Shown here: positions 17,165-27,729 of the stretch, in pieces
How positions within the stretch are numbered: position 1 is the first letter of the stretch
How the letters are laid out: every line of letters starts with the position of its first letter
NCBI GenBank assembly: GCA_964488475.1
Contig: CAZAUK010000003.1
Coordinates: 46,592-110,591, forward strand
DNA length: 64,000 nt
Source: an uncultured bacterium
GTDB lineage: Bacteria; Krumholzibacteriota; Krumholzibacteriia; Krumholzibacteriales; WJIX01
Reading direction: 5' to 3'
The notes under the pieces: generated by a model
Database searches by the model: none
What the model saw: the letters and a program-made list of their open reading frames with translations, nothing else
Told to the model about the DNA's origin: nothing
Made by a program: the position numbers and the translations under genes

Positions 17165-19058
17165 GTTGCAGTCAAGGCCGACAGCAGGCCGCAGGATGTC
17201 TATCATTTATTTCGTCGTTCTGGCCGTATTCGCAATATTCATGCTCCGCCTGTTTTACCTGCAGGTGATAAGAAGTGATTATTACCAGAGGCTCGCTGTC
17301 TCGAACAGGATACGAAGGGAGCGGATCGTCGCTTCCAGGGGACTGATCAGGGATTCGGCCGGGAGGAAAGTGGTCATAGATATACCTCTCTACCAGATCA
17401 GTATTGAAAGCTCCAAGGTAAGCCCGAATGACCCGGAGCTCAAACTGGCCTGCAGGTGGTTTGAAGTTGAGGAGACCAGCTTCAACCAAAGGCTTCGGGC
17501 CTGGAAGGAAAAGTATCATGACGGAAGGGAAATAACTTTCATAGCCGACGCCGACAAGGAGCAGATCTCGATATTGATGGAAAACAGGGAGCTTTTTACC
17601 TTCTGCAAGTTGGTCATGAAGCACAGAAGGAAATATCCCTATGGGAGTCTGGCGGCCCACGTCCTGGGGCATATCGGAGAGGTGACCGATGAGGAGGTAA
17701 ACCGGTCGCGGAATATATTTCCGGGAGACGTTAAGGGCAGAATGGGTATCGAGTATGAGTATGACGAATATCTTAGAGGAAAGGACGGAGTAAAGATTGT
17801 AGAGATAAGCTCTGGTGGAACGCCCGTCGGGGAGTTCGACGGAATCTTCGAGGGAGGCGAGCCATGGCGCGGCATCGAACCACGGCTTCCCGTTCCGGGC
17901 AACGAAATTCATCTCACCCTCGATTTCAGCCTTCAGGAGGCGGTAGAGGATCTGCTTGACGGCAGAAAGGGTTCCATTATAATGATGAACCCTCAAAACG
18001 GGGAGATTCTCGCCGCGGCGAGCTGCCCCGCGTTCGATCCAAACATCTTTTCCGTGGAGATCTCAACTGAAAGATGGGACCGGGTGAACCGGGATCCCGA
18101 CAAGCCAATGTTTAACAGGTCGATTCAGGCCACATATCCTCCCGGATCGATACATAAGCTGGTAATAGCTTACGCGGCTCTGGAAAACTCGATTTCATCG
18201 CTGGAAAGGGAATTTCAGCCATGCTTCGGGGGGTACCAGTTTGGAAACAGGTTCTTCAGGTGCTGGAAGGAGGAGGGGCATGGAAGGTTAGATCTCACAG
18301 AGGCGATAGTCCAGTCCTGCGATACCTATTTTTACCAGATCGGGGAGATGCTTTCGGCCGACGATTTCGCGCGAGCGGGAAGGCTTTTCGGGCTGGGCAG
18401 AAAAACCGGGATCGACCTGCCGGGCGAGGCAAAGGGTATAATCCCCGATCATGATTATTTTGACTCCCGTTTCGGAAATGGAAAGTGGACCAGGGGACAC
18501 CTTCTCAATTATTCAATAGGGCAGGGCGAGGTTCTGGTGACCCCGATACAGCTATGTCTTATGACGTCTGTTATCGCCAACGGAGGCAGAATGATACATC
18601 CCCACCTGGTTAAAAAGATACTGGACGAGGAAAACAAGGTGGTTTTCAGGGGCAGCCGGGAGGCCTCTGGAGTCGCCGGATTCAAGGAAGGGTATCTGGA
18701 TTTAATAAAGAGGGCGATGGAAGGGGTTATCGCCGACCAGAACGGCACCGGAAGATACTCCAGGGTTCCCGGGGTAAAAACGGCGGGAAAAACCGCAACG
18801 GCGCAGAATCCCCACGGAGAAGACCACGCCCTGTTCGTTGCCTATGCTCCGGCCGAATCGCCGGTGCTTTCAATCGTCGTGGTCCTGGAGAACGCTGGGC
18901 ATGGGGGGGTGGAAGCCGGTCCTCTGGCCAGGGATATAATGAATTTTTATTTCAATTCCACGCTTGCCGGGCGGTGGTCCGGCGGCTGGGTTTCGATGAA
19001 TGGCTTCAACTCGCTTAAAGAGCCGGATAATGGTTGTCAACCTCCGGAAAACGGGTGA
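17151..19058 (+). CDS. mrdA: Penicillin-binding protein 2 (peptidoglycan D,D-transpeptidase MrdA)
   Basis: N-terminal transmembrane helix, a PBP dimerisation domain, and the transpeptidase motifs SxxK (STYP..SIHK region), SxN and KTG(T) (GKTATAQ). It lies between mreD and rodA. Confidence 0.9.
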   Translation: MGDAKLQSRPTAGRRMSIIYFVVLAVFAIFMLRLFYLQVIRSDYYQRLAVSNRIRRERIVASRGLIRDSAGRKVVIDIPLYQISIESSKVSPNDPELKLACRWFEVEETSFNQRLRAWKEKYHDGREITFIADADKEQISILMENRELFTFCKLVMKHRRKYPYGSLAAHVLGHIGEVTDEEVNRSRNIFPGDVKGRMGIEYEYDEYLRGKDGVKIVEISSGGTPVGEFDGIFEGGEPWRGIEPRLPVPGNEIHLTLDFSLQEAVEDLLDGRKGSIIMMNPQNGEILAAASCPAFDPNIFSVEISTERWDRVNRDPDKPMFNRSIQATYPPGSIHKLVIAYAALENSISSLEREFQPCFGGYQFGNRFFRCWKEEGHGRLDLTEAIVQSCDTYFYQIGEMLSADDFARAGRLFGLGRKTGIDLPGEAKGIIPDHDYFDSRFGNGKWTRGHLLNYSIGQGEVLVTPIQLCLMTSVIANGGRMIHPHLVKKILDEENKVVFRGSREASGVAGFKEGYLDLIKRAMEGVIADQNGTGRYSRVPGVKTAGKTATAQNPHGEDHALFVAYAPAESPVLSIVVVLENAGHGGVEAGPLARDIMNFYFNSTLAGRWSGGWVSMNGFNSLKEPDNGCQPPENG

Positions 19059-20332
19059 TATCGTTGGACAGCAAGTATCTGCAGAATTTTGACTGGATTC
19101 TCCTGATAGCAGTCCTGGCCCTGATGGGCATAGGACTTCTGACCCTGTATTCTATAGAACACCTTCCCTCCAATCTGGAGGGAACCTTTGTCTCCGGCAG
19201 GTACGATTTCCTGGAAAGGCAGCTGGTATGGGCGCTGGCCGGGCTCTTTGTAATAGCAGTAGCCGCCGTCATACCATTCAAATACTACGAAGCCGCTTCC
19301 TACGCGTTCTACCTCGCGGGCCTGGGGCTGCTTCTGGCGGTGCTGTTGATTCCTTCCGCACGGGGTTCGAACCGATGGCTCCAACTGGGAGGTCTGAGAA
19401 TACAGCCCAGTGAATTCATGAAGATAGCCACTATATTTCTGCTGGCTAAATTCCTGGAAGCCAAAGCCAGGAATCCCAACAGGTTGAAAGTCATGGCGGT
19501 CTCAGTCGCGATCGCTGCGCTGCCCCTTTTCCTGATAATGAAACAGCCCGACCTGGGAACGGCGATAGTCTTTCCCGCCCTTCTTCTGCCGGTTCTATAC
19601 TGGAGAGGGCTTGACGAGGGTATAATGTTGTTATTCCTTACGCCGGTTATCAGCGCTTTTCTGACTATTTACAGCGAAAGATCTATAAGCGAGGGGTCTT
19701 ATCCCTTTACCCTGCTGGTTTTCTTTGTTCTGATATTGATCATTGCCTATAGAAGAAGGGAGAGGATAATCCAGAGCCTGCTTCTGGTAGGGGTTAATCT
19801 TTCCGTAATGCTTATGGTGCCGACCCTGATCTCCAGGCTTAAGCCATACCAGCAGCAGCGGGTTCTCGCCTTTCTTCGTCCCGAGTCCGATATCCTCGGT
19901 ATGGGCTGGCAGGTCTACCAGTCCAAGGTCGCGATAGGAAGCGGAGGCTTTGCCGGCAAGGGGTTCCTCAAGGGAACACAGAAGATGCTTGACTTTCTTC
20001 CGGAGAGGCATTCGGACTTTGTTTTTTCAGTTCTTTCCGAGGAGTCGGGGTTTTTGGGGAGCATGCTGGTGGTGGTGCTCTATGCCATACTGATATACCG
20101 GGTTCTTTATATAGCCGCCAGGTCCAAGAGCAGGTTCGCTTCTGTAGCGGCGGTGGGGGCCGCTTCATATTTTATATTTCACGCTGTGATCAATATCGGT
20201 ATGACCATAGGCCTGGCCCCGGTAACAGGCCTTCCGCTTCCATTGATAAGCTATGGCGGGAGTTCGATGTTTACCAGCTGTTTTCTGGTGGGGGCGGTCC
20301 TCAGCTTTGGAATGAGATTCTATGAATACTAG
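19034..20332 (+). CDS. rodA: Peptidoglycan glycosyltransferase RodA (SEDS family)
   Basis: FtsW/RodA/SpoVE-family polytopic protein. Motifs include QPDLGTA and the C-terminal GLPLPLISYGGSSM. Confidence 0.9.
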   Translation: MSTSGKRVISLDSKYLQNFDWILLIAVLALMGIGLLTLYSIEHLPSNLEGTFVSGRYDFLERQLVWALAGLFVIAVAAVIPFKYYEAASYAFYLAGLGLLLAVLLIPSARGSNRWLQLGGLRIQPSEFMKIATIFLLAKFLEAKARNPNRLKVMAVSVAIAALPLFLIMKQPDLGTAIVFPALLLPVLYWRGLDEGIMLLFLTPVISAFLTIYSERSISEGSYPFTLLVFFVLILIIAYRRRERIIQSLLLVGVNLSVMLMVPTLISRLKPYQQQRVLAFLRPESDILGMGWQVYQSKVAIGSGGFAGKGFLKGTQKMLDFLPERHSDFVFSVLSEESGFLGSMLVVVLYAILIYRVLYIAARSKSRFASVAAVGAASYFIFHAVINIGMTIGLAPVTGLPLPLISYGGSSMFTSCFLVGAVLSFGMRFYEY

Positions 20333-21674
20333 AAGGATCGAGGAATTGATCGAAGGGGTGGAATACATTATCGGCCTGACCGAAGGAGACCGGTTGGAGT
20401 GCGAGGTCTTCGGTGAAGATACCGCCGGGATGGATGTAGAGATCCACAGGGGTGCCGCCGAATCGATCGAGAGATTCATAGAGAGAGGAATAGGGATCCG
20501 GGTGGTGGATGGAAACAGAGCGGGTTATTCTTTTACCAGTGATCTTTCAGAATTATCTCTTCGAAACGCTTTCGGGGAAGCGGCTGATATATCAAAAAGC
20601 AGTTCGCCTTCGGCAAGGGACGTGCTGGCCGACCCTCTCGATTCGCAGGGGGCCGCTGAAAATAGAGAAGATATCGAACTTGCCACCGGAACGGGGGTAA
20701 TCTTGAAAGCCCTCGCCGAGATGGAGGATGCGGCTTTATCACACAGCGCCGAAATCGTAAATACCCAGAATGTATCCTACACCGAGAGGCGCTCTTCGGT
20801 CACCGTAGGTAGCAGCAGGGGATTTATTAGATCAGAGGCAAGGGGTTACGCTTCTTTCTCGATGTCCGCCATATCAAAAAAAGGTAACGAGTCGCGTTCC
20901 GACTGGTACCAGGGCCAGGCGCCCGATTTTTCGGCCATCGACTGGGTGGGTGTGGGAAGAGAGGCCGCCCGCAGGTCGGCCTCTCTTCTGGGAAGCAGGA
21001 AGATTCCGGGAGGGAGGTACCAGATAGTCTTTGACAGCATGGCTTTCATCGATATACTCGAATTCATCGAGGAAATAATTTCCGCGGAGATGGTGATAAG
21101 GGGGATATCGGTACTGGAAGGCAAGGTGGGGGGGCGGGTAGCTTCGAAAGAATTTGATCTGGTCGACGATCCCGAGATGAAGGAGGGGTTATTCAGTTCA
21201 ACTTTCGATGATGAAGGAGTTCCAAGAAGAAAGTACCGGCTGATAAATAGAGGCGTTTTGATGGGATATCTTCATAACTCCATGACCGCCAGGTGGATGG
21301 ATGTTGAGCCAACGGGCAACGCGACCCGTTCATCTTTCAAGGTATCTCCAGTCCCCGGAGGCACGAACCTTTACCTTCAAGCGGGGAAGAGTACTTCGAA
21401 GGACCTTGTTTCTTCAATTGATGAGGGTATTTTAGTTCAGGATATAATGGGAATGCACACAGCTGACAGTGTTTCGGGAGATTTCTCGGTGGGAGTCAGC
21501 GGGCACTATGTCAGGTCGGGTAGTTTGATCCACCCCGTATGCGAGGTGACAGTCAGCGGAAACATTCTGGATCTGCTTGGCGGCGTAACCGGAGTTGGTG
21601 ACGAGGTGCTGTTTGTGGGAGGAACGGGTTCGCCCGCTGTATTGATAGAGGGGTTGAGCCTGAGCGGTAAGTAG
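20322..21674 (+). CDS. TldD/PmbA-family metalloprotease-like protein
   Basis: A 450 aa protein whose C-terminal region GGTNLYLQAG...SGDFSVGVSGHYVRSG...VSGNILDLL is typical of PmbA/TldD. Confidence 0.8.
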   Translation: MNTRRIEELIEGVEYIIGLTEGDRLECEVFGEDTAGMDVEIHRGAAESIERFIERGIGIRVVDGNRAGYSFTSDLSELSLRNAFGEAADISKSSSPSARDVLADPLDSQGAAENREDIELATGTGVILKALAEMEDAALSHSAEIVNTQNVSYTERRSSVTVGSSRGFIRSEARGYASFSMSAISKKGNESRSDWYQGQAPDFSAIDWVGVGREAARRSASLLGSRKIPGGRYQIVFDSMAFIDILEFIEEIISAEMVIRGISVLEGKVGGRVASKEFDLVDDPEMKEGLFSSTFDDEGVPRRKYRLINRGVLMGYLHNSMTARWMDVEPTGNATRSSFKVSPVPGGTNLYLQAGKSTSKDLVSSIDEGILVQDIMGMHTADSVSGDFSVGVSGHYVRSGSLIHPVCEVTVSGNILDLLGGVTGVGDEVLFVGGTGSPAVLIEGLSLSGK

Positions 21675-21684
21675 AGGAGGGCTA

Positions 21685-22473
21685 TTGCATTCGGTACTGG
21701 TAGAGATAGGAAAGCTTAAGATTTATTCTTACGGTTTCATGCTGGCCCTCAGTTTCATGGCCGGGATAATACTTGCCTCGGCCAGGGCGAAAAAGAGAGG
21801 TGTTGCGCCCGGTATAATATATGATATGAGCATACTGCTGATAATAGCCGCTATCGTGGGTTCCCGGGGGCTGTACATACTAACCCATCTTGATCACTTT
21901 CATGGAATCGTCGATATATTCGCTCTATGGCAGGGTGGAGCCACCTATTACGGGGGGCTTGCGCTGGCGGTTATTGCCGCGGTTGTCTACCTTAGGGTCA
22001 AGAAGCTGTCATTTCTGGCAATCGCCGATATCTGCTCGCCCTCTATAGGGCTGGGCATTTTCTTTACAAGGATAGGCTGCTTTCTCAGCGGGTGCTGTTT
22101 CGGCCACCCAACCGGTTGCTCGCTCGGTGTGGTATTCCCAGAGGGTTCTCCCGCGGCTTATCAGTATTCCGAAACCAGCATTCACCCCACTCAGCTTTAT
22201 TCTTCGGCTTACGGTGCGGCTATATTCATTCTTCTTATGCTGATAGACAGAAAAGATCTTCCCAGGGGCGTGTTATTCGCCTTTTTGTGTGTTTTTTACG
22301 GAATAGCCAGATTCGTCATAGATTTCTTCAGGTTTTACGAGGGGTCGGACATGATGGGGCCATTGACTTTGAATCAGATTGTGAGTATCGGTCTTATCGC
22401 CGCTGGAGCGGTCCTGATTCTGGACAGGGGTTTGAGGGAGAAAAGACTCAGGATTCTCGATAAAGAAGAGTGA
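21685..22473 (+). CDS. lgt: Prolipoprotein diacylglyceryl transferase
   Basis: Lgt signature region (HPTQLYSSAY), multiple transmembrane helices, 262 aa. Confidence 0.85.
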   Translation: MHSVLVEIGKLKIYSYGFMLALSFMAGIILASARAKKRGVAPGIIYDMSILLIIAAIVGSRGLYILTHLDHFHGIVDIFALWQGGATYYGGLALAVIAAVVYLRVKKLSFLAIADICSPSIGLGIFFTRIGCFLSGCCFGHPTGCSLGVVFPEGSPAAYQYSETSIHPTQLYSSAYGAAIFILLMLIDRKDLPRGVLFAFLCVFYGIARFVIDFFRFYEGSDMMGPLTLNQIVSIGLIAAGAVLILDRGLREKRLRILDKEE

Positions 22474-23309
22474 CTTTAATCAGACCGAGTTTATTCACGG
22501 AGTGTGGTGATCTGGGCGGTGATGGGCTGATGGGATTAAGGACCGGGTTTTTATCTTTCCTCATTTCCAATCTCTTCACCAGCAGGTGCCTGGCCTGCGG
22601 GGCCGATCTTGCCTTATGCAAAGATTACTCTCCTTCAATCATTCCCACGGGGTGGCCCCGGGGCACTCCCCGATTTTTTGAATTTTTACGCCGGAGGATT
22701 TCCGGAGGGGAAAAGTGCCGATTCGGCGTTCTGTGCCCTTTTTGCTGGCTTAAGATGGAGCCCCGTCCGGGTTACCTGGAATACAACGTCGAAGGCGTGC
22801 CGGCGGTCTCTCCTTTCAGGACGGATGAAATTCTCTTGAAGGTCATAAGATATATTAAATTCCAGAATGGACGGGCGGCGGCCGGTCCGCTGTCCTGGTG
22901 GATGGCCTTAGCATTAAGCTCATACCTTGACGCCGCCGGCCTATACGAATCAAGCAAGCTGGTCCTTATTCCCGTTCCACTTCACGGTTCCAGAAAAAGA
23001 AAGCGGGGATACAATCAATCCGGCCTTCTGGCTTCGGGCGTGTCGGAAATGACCGCAATCCCCGTTCTTGATAGATTTCTGTTCAGGGTAGTCAAGACCA
23101 AGAGCCAGTCAAACCTGGATCTTGAAGAGAGGAGAAGGAATGTCTTCGAAGCCTTTCAAATCAATTATCCGGCAATCGCGCCGCCGGGAGGGGTGATACT
23201 GGTGGATGACCTGGTGACCACCGGAGAGACCGCCGCAGAATGCGTAAGGGTCCTTTCCAAGAGCGGTTGTCTGGTACGGGCGGTCCTTTCAGCGGGAGTC
23301 TCATTATAG
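22470..23309 (+). CDS. ComF-family protein (double zinc ribbon plus phosphoribosyltransferase domain)
   Basis: N-terminal CxxC...CxxC pairs and the C-terminal PRTase motif VILVDDLVTTGETAAE. The N-terminal start is uncertain. Confidence 0.7.
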   Translation: MTLIRPSLFTECGDLGGDGLMGLRTGFLSFLISNLFTSRCLACGADLALCKDYSPSIIPTGWPRGTPRFFEFLRRRISGGEKCRFGVLCPFCWLKMEPRPGYLEYNVEGVPAVSPFRTDEILLKVIRYIKFQNGRAAAGPLSWWMALALSSYLDAAGLYESSKLVLIPVPLHGSRKRKRGYNQSGLLASGVSEMTAIPVLDRFLFRVVKTKSQSNLDLEERRRNVFEAFQINYPAIAPPGGVILVDDLVTTGETAAECVRVLSKSGCLVRAVLSAGVSL

Positions 23310-23525
23310 ATCCCGGCCTTTGATAAAATCAGGGGGGCTTGTTAAATAATATGTTGATGATAAGCTTCTGCTGTGTTTCAATAATAACGGCCGACCTGGT
23401 ATATTCCGGGCCGCCGGGATCTTAACAAATCTAAAAACACGCTCCGGGGCGGAATCCGGAGTGGAATCGCCGGGCGGCTGGCAACGGGCTGGACCGGAAA
23501 CCGGTTTTAAAGAAGGGGGAGATGA

Positions 23526-24449
23526 TTGATTGTAACAAACAGTGAGCTTCTCGACGCGGCCAGGCAGAGTGAATACGCCGTTGGCGCTTTCAATATAAAC
23601 AACATGGAATTCATACAGGCGATATCGGCAGCGGCTGTGGAGCTTAAAAGCCCTGCTATACTTGCTGTTTCGGAAGGTGCTCTAAAGTACGGCGGCTTTG
23701 ACAACCTGGTTGCCATGGTGAGGATAGCGGCTGAGAAAAAAGGAGCGCTGTTCTCCCTTCACCTCGATCACGGAAGGGACATGGAAGTAATCGAAAACTG
23801 CATAGAAAACGGATTTACTTCGGTAATGATAGACGGCAGCCATCTTCCATTCGACAAGAATGTGGAAGTAACCCTGGAAGTGGTAAAGAAGGCGAGGAAG
23901 AAAGGGGTGTCTGTAGAAGGGGAACTGGGAAAACTGGCCGGAATCGAGGATAATGTCTCGGTTGATCAGCAGGACGCCAAATTCACCGACCCGGGTGAAG
24001 CGGAGGAATTCGTTGAAAGAACGGGAGTGGATTCTCTGGCGGTCGCCGTGGGCACTTCGCACGGCGCGTACAAGTTCAAGGGAGAGCCCCGGCTCGCCAT
24101 GGACATACTGAGCGAAATAGCTTCCAGAGTGGAAATACCTCTGGTTCTTCACGGAGCCTCCGGAGTAAATGAGGAGCATGTGGAAATAGCCAACCGGTTC
24201 GGGGCGGATCTGAGGGATGCCAGAGGGGTTCCCGATGATGCGATAAAAGAGGCGGTGAAAAGGGGTATATGCAAAGTAAATATCGACACAGACATGAGAA
24301 TAGCCTTTACCGCTTTTATGAGGAAGAAGCTGAATGATGATCCCGGCGTGTTTGATCCGAGGAAGTATCTCGGGGCGGGCAGGGATGGAGTCATGGATGT
24401 CGTAAAAACCAAGATAAAACTGTTCGGCAGCGAAGACAGGTTGACCTGA
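23526..24449 (+). CDS. fba: Class II fructose-bisphosphate aldolase
   Basis: FNINNME, HLDHG, GTSHGAYKF and VLHGASG motifs. It starts at TTG, with GGGGGAG upstream. Confidence 0.9.
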   Translation: MIVTNSELLDAARQSEYAVGAFNINNMEFIQAISAAAVELKSPAILAVSEGALKYGGFDNLVAMVRIAAEKKGALFSLHLDHGRDMEVIENCIENGFTSVMIDGSHLPFDKNVEVTLEVVKKARKKGVSVEGELGKLAGIEDNVSVDQQDAKFTDPGEAEEFVERTGVDSLAVAVGTSHGAYKFKGEPRLAMDILSEIASRVEIPLVLHGASGVNEEHVEIANRFGADLRDARGVPDDAIKEAVKRGICKVNIDTDMRIAFTAFMRKKLNDDPGVFDPRKYLGAGRDGVMDVVKTKIKLFGSEDRLT

Positions 24450-24481
24450 GGGTCACCGGAAATATCTTAAGGAGGCTAAGT

Positions 24482-25486
24482 ATGGCGATCAAGTTAGCCA
24501 TAAACGGGTTCGGAAGAATAGGCAGGCTGGTAATGAGGGGAATCGCCAGTGACAAGAGGTTCAATCTCGTCGCCGTGAATGATCTCATGACCCCTGAAAC
24601 CATGGGGCACCTCTTGAAATATGATTCCGTCCACGGGAAGTTTCCCGGCGATGTGAAGGTGCTTAAGAGCGGACATATCAGGGCGGGACGTCACAAGTTC
24701 AAGGTATACTCGGAAAAGGATCCCGGTAATCTGCCATGGAAGAAGCACAGGGTCGATTTCGTAGTGGAGTCCACGGGATTGTTCCGCAAGAGGGAAGACG
24801 CCGCCAGGCACCTGGAAGCGGGAGCCAAGAAGGTGATTATCTCGGCGCCCTCTTCAGACGCCGATATCATGATCGTGATGGGGGTAAATCACAAGCTATA
24901 CAGAAAGAGCAGGCATGACGTCATATCAACCGCCTCCTGCACCACGAACTGCCTCGCTCCTGTCGCCAAGGTCCTGAACGACAAATTCGGAATCGCGAAC
25001 GGTCTGATGACTACGATTCACGCCTATACCAACGACCAGAACGTTCTCGATTCGCCCCACAAGGACCTTCGAAGGGCAAGAGCCTGCGCGGTTTCGATGA
25101 TTCCCACCACAACCGGAGCGGCCAGGGCGGTGGGGGTGGTAATGCCTGCCCTGAAAGGAAAATTGAACGGGATAGCGGTAAGGGTCCCGACATCCGATGG
25201 GTCCCTTGTCGACCTGACCGTTACTCTCAAGAAGAACGCCACCGTCGAGAAGGTGAATCAGGAGATGAAGAAGGCCTCCGCCCGGTCACTGAAAGGGATT
25301 CTGGAGTACTGTGAAGATCCTATCGTCTCAGTAGACGTTATCGGTAATCCGTACTCGTCGATCTTTGATGCGGCTTCGACCATGAGCATCACTCCCAGAG
25401 TGTTCAAGATACTCTCATGGTATGACAATGAAACGGGGTATGCCCTAAGAATGGTCGATATGATGAGGTACATAGCGAAGAAGTAG
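24482..25486 (+). CDS. gap: Glyceraldehyde-3-phosphate dehydrogenase
   Basis: INGFGRIGR Rossmann motif and the catalytic ASCTTNCLAP. Confidence 0.95.
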   Translation: MAIKLAINGFGRIGRLVMRGIASDKRFNLVAVNDLMTPETMGHLLKYDSVHGKFPGDVKVLKSGHIRAGRHKFKVYSEKDPGNLPWKKHRVDFVVESTGLFRKREDAARHLEAGAKKVIISAPSSDADIMIVMGVNHKLYRKSRHDVISTASCTTNCLAPVAKVLNDKFGIANGLMTTIHAYTNDQNVLDSPHKDLRRARACAVSMIPTTTGAARAVGVVMPALKGKLNGIAVRVPTSDGSLVDLTVTLKKNATVEKVNQEMKKASARSLKGILEYCEDPIVSVDVIGNPYSSIFDAASTMSITPRVFKILSWYDNETGYALRMVDMMRYIAKK

Positions 25487-25542
25487 CGCGAAGAGGAACC
25501 GGGCCGTCCAATCCGGCCGGCCCGGAATCTCAAATCCGCCGA

Positions 25543-26784
25543 ATGATTGCGAAAACTGGAGAAATCGAAGGAGCCGGAGTGGATCGGAAGACGCTTAAAG
25601 ATGTAAAGCTGCAGGGCAAAAAAGTGCTTATGAGAGTCGATTTCAATGTGCCCCTGTCAAAGGATGGAGATATCCTTGATGATACAAGGATAAGGGCCGC
25701 GATTCCCAGCATAAACCACATAACAGGCCGGGGGGGCAGCGCCGTCTTGATGTCTCACATGGGAAGGCCCGGCGGCCGGAAGGATGCCTCAATGAGCCTT
25801 AAGATAGCTGCTTACAGGCTTGGGGAGTTGATCCAGTCCCCCGTGAAGTTCGCGGAGGACTGCGTAGGGGAAGAGGTCGAAGAGAAAGTGAAAGACCTCA
25901 AGAACGGGGAAGTCCTTCTGCTCGAGAATCTGAGATTTTACCGGGAGGAGAAGGAAAACGACCCGGATTTCTCCAGGCGGCTGTCGAAATGGGGGGATAT
26001 ATACGCGAATGACGCTTTTGGGACCGCTCACAGGGCTCACGCGTCCACGGTGGGGGTTACCAGTTATTTCGAGAGAAGAGTGGCCGGTTTTCTCATGGAG
26101 AAGGAGCTGACTGAGCTGGGAAGTCTTTTGAACGATCCGGAAAGGCCCTTTGTGGCCATCCTGGGAGGAGCGAAGATAGCCGGAAAGATAGATCTAATAA
26201 AGAATCTGCTGAATCACGTGGACAGGATCGTAATAGGCGGCGGCATGGCTTTCACCTTTCTAAAGGCGGCGGGCCTGGAAACTGGCAACTCTCTGGTAAA
26301 CGACGATTACCTTAAGATGTGCAGTGAGTTGATCAAGACCGATGGTAAGGGGAAGGATAAAAGGATATTTTTACCGGTAGATTGCGTGGTCGCAACAGAG
26401 ATCGACGAACTCGCAGAGCACAAAACGGTTTCCACGGCAGATATTCCCGAGGGATGGTCCGGAGTCGATATAGGTGAAAAGACGGTGGAGTTGTTCAATG
26501 GGGAAATAGAAAAGGCACGGACCATTTTCTGGAACGGCCCCATGGGCGTTTTTGAGATAGAAGACTTTGCTTCCGGGACAAGGAAAATCGCCAAAAAGCT
26601 CGCCGGTATGACCTCTTCCGGAGCCAGAACAGTCGTGGGCGGTGGAGACAGCGTCTCCGCTCTTACTCAGGCGGGGCTGGCCGGCAAGATTTCCCATATC
26701 TCCACTGGAGGGGGGGCATCGTTGACCTTACTGGAAGGAACGCTTCTTTCGGCGGTGGAAGCGCTGGAAAAGGCGGGAGAATGA
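25543..26784 (+). CDS. pgk: Phosphoglycerate kinase
   Basis: RVDFNVP, GGGDS and other PGK motifs, 413 aa. Confidence 0.95.
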   Translation: MIAKTGEIEGAGVDRKTLKDVKLQGKKVLMRVDFNVPLSKDGDILDDTRIRAAIPSINHITGRGGSAVLMSHMGRPGGRKDASMSLKIAAYRLGELIQSPVKFAEDCVGEEVEEKVKDLKNGEVLLLENLRFYREEKENDPDFSRRLSKWGDIYANDAFGTAHRAHASTVGVTSYFERRVAGFLMEKELTELGSLLNDPERPFVAILGGAKIAGKIDLIKNLLNHVDRIVIGGGMAFTFLKAAGLETGNSLVNDDYLKMCSELIKTDGKGKDKRIFLPVDCVVATEIDELAEHKTVSTADIPEGWSGVDIGEKTVELFNGEIEKARTIFWNGPMGVFEIEDFASGTRKIAKKLAGMTSSGARTVVGGGDSVSALTQAGLAGKISHISTGGGASLTLLEGTLLSAVEALEKAGE

Positions 26785-26813
26785 TTTTTCTATAGTTGTA
26801 AGGGGGGATTCCA

Positions 26814-27572
26814 ATGCGACGGAATATTATCGGGGGAAACTGGAAAATGAACAAGAATCAGATAGAAGGGTCCGAGACGGCCTTTGAGATAGCCGAGGGA
26901 TTAAAGGACACAGAACCCCCCTGCGAAGTATTACTGTTTCCACCCTTTACCGCCATTTACGCAGTAATAGAAGCTATAGACGGTTCCAGAGTGAGATGCG
27001 GCGGGCAGAATATGCATTACGAGGATAAGGGAGCCTTTACCGGAGAGATCTCGGGCGGAATGCTCAAGAGTATAGGTTGCGAATACGTCCTGGTGGGCCA
27101 CTCGGAGAGAAGACATATCTTCAACGAAGGTTCGAAGATACTGGAGAAAAAGATCAAAGCCGCCCTGAAAAGCGGCCTTTCGCCGGTATATTGCGTAGGG
27201 GAACTACTCGGCGACAGAGAGCAGGGTAAAGCCGGCGAAGTAGTCGAGAGACAGCTCAGAGAAGTCCTCTCGAGTCTGAAGGAGGATCAGGCGGATGATC
27301 TTATTCTGGCTTACGAGCCGGTATGGGCGATCGGAACCGGGGAAACGGCAAGCGCCTCGGACGCTGAAAAAATGCATTCGTTTATAAGGGAAGTGCTGGA
27401 GAGTATTTTCGGCAAATCCAGATCGGATGAAACGACCATCATGTACGGGGGGAGCGTTAAACCGGATAATGCCGCCGGACTGCTGAGCGAAAAGAATATA
27501 GACGGCGCCCTGGTCGGCGGGGCCTCCCTGGATGCGGGTTCCTTTCTTGAAATCATATTCGCTCTATCTTAA
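26814..27572 (+). CDS. tpiA: Triosephosphate isomerase
   Basis: GGNWKMN, VGHSERR and AYEPVWAIGTG motifs. Confidence 0.95.
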   Translation: MRRNIIGGNWKMNKNQIEGSETAFEIAEGLKDTEPPCEVLLFPPFTAIYAVIEAIDGSRVRCGGQNMHYEDKGAFTGEISGGMLKSIGCEYVLVGHSERRHIFNEGSKILEKKIKAALKSGLSPVYCVGELLGDREQGKAGEVVERQLREVLSSLKEDQADDLILAYEPVWAIGTGETASASDAEKMHSFIREVLESIFGKSRSDETTIMYGGSVKPDNAAGLLSEKNIDGALVGGASLDAGSFLEIIFALS

Positions 27573-27620
27573 TGCGCGCGGAGAGTGGTCCAGCCAGGCC
27601 CGAAGATGAGAATCGAAGGG

Positions 27621-27645
27621 CCGCCCGCCTTTGAGGGCGGGATTT
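27621..27645 (+). terminator. GC-rich hairpin between tpiA and secG; possible weak terminator or attenuator
   Basis: CCCGCC-tttgag-GGCGGG stem-loop followed only by ATTT. The T-tract is poor. Confidence 0.3.
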
Positions 27646-27729
27646 CACATTCAAGTACACATCCGCATATTTTATTTGACTGAAGCTTCCGTATTAATTA
27701 AAATTATCCTTTGAGAAAGTTGGTGAATA

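Noticed and set aside
17172-17996. 274 aa ORF antisense to mrdA
   Set aside because: PBP2 motifs on the + strand are unambiguous. The antisense ORF has no features.
19360-19385. tRNA-like GGTTCGAACC motif
   Set aside because: It lies inside the rodA coding frame with no acceptor or anticodon stems around it. It is a coincidental match to the T-arm consensus.
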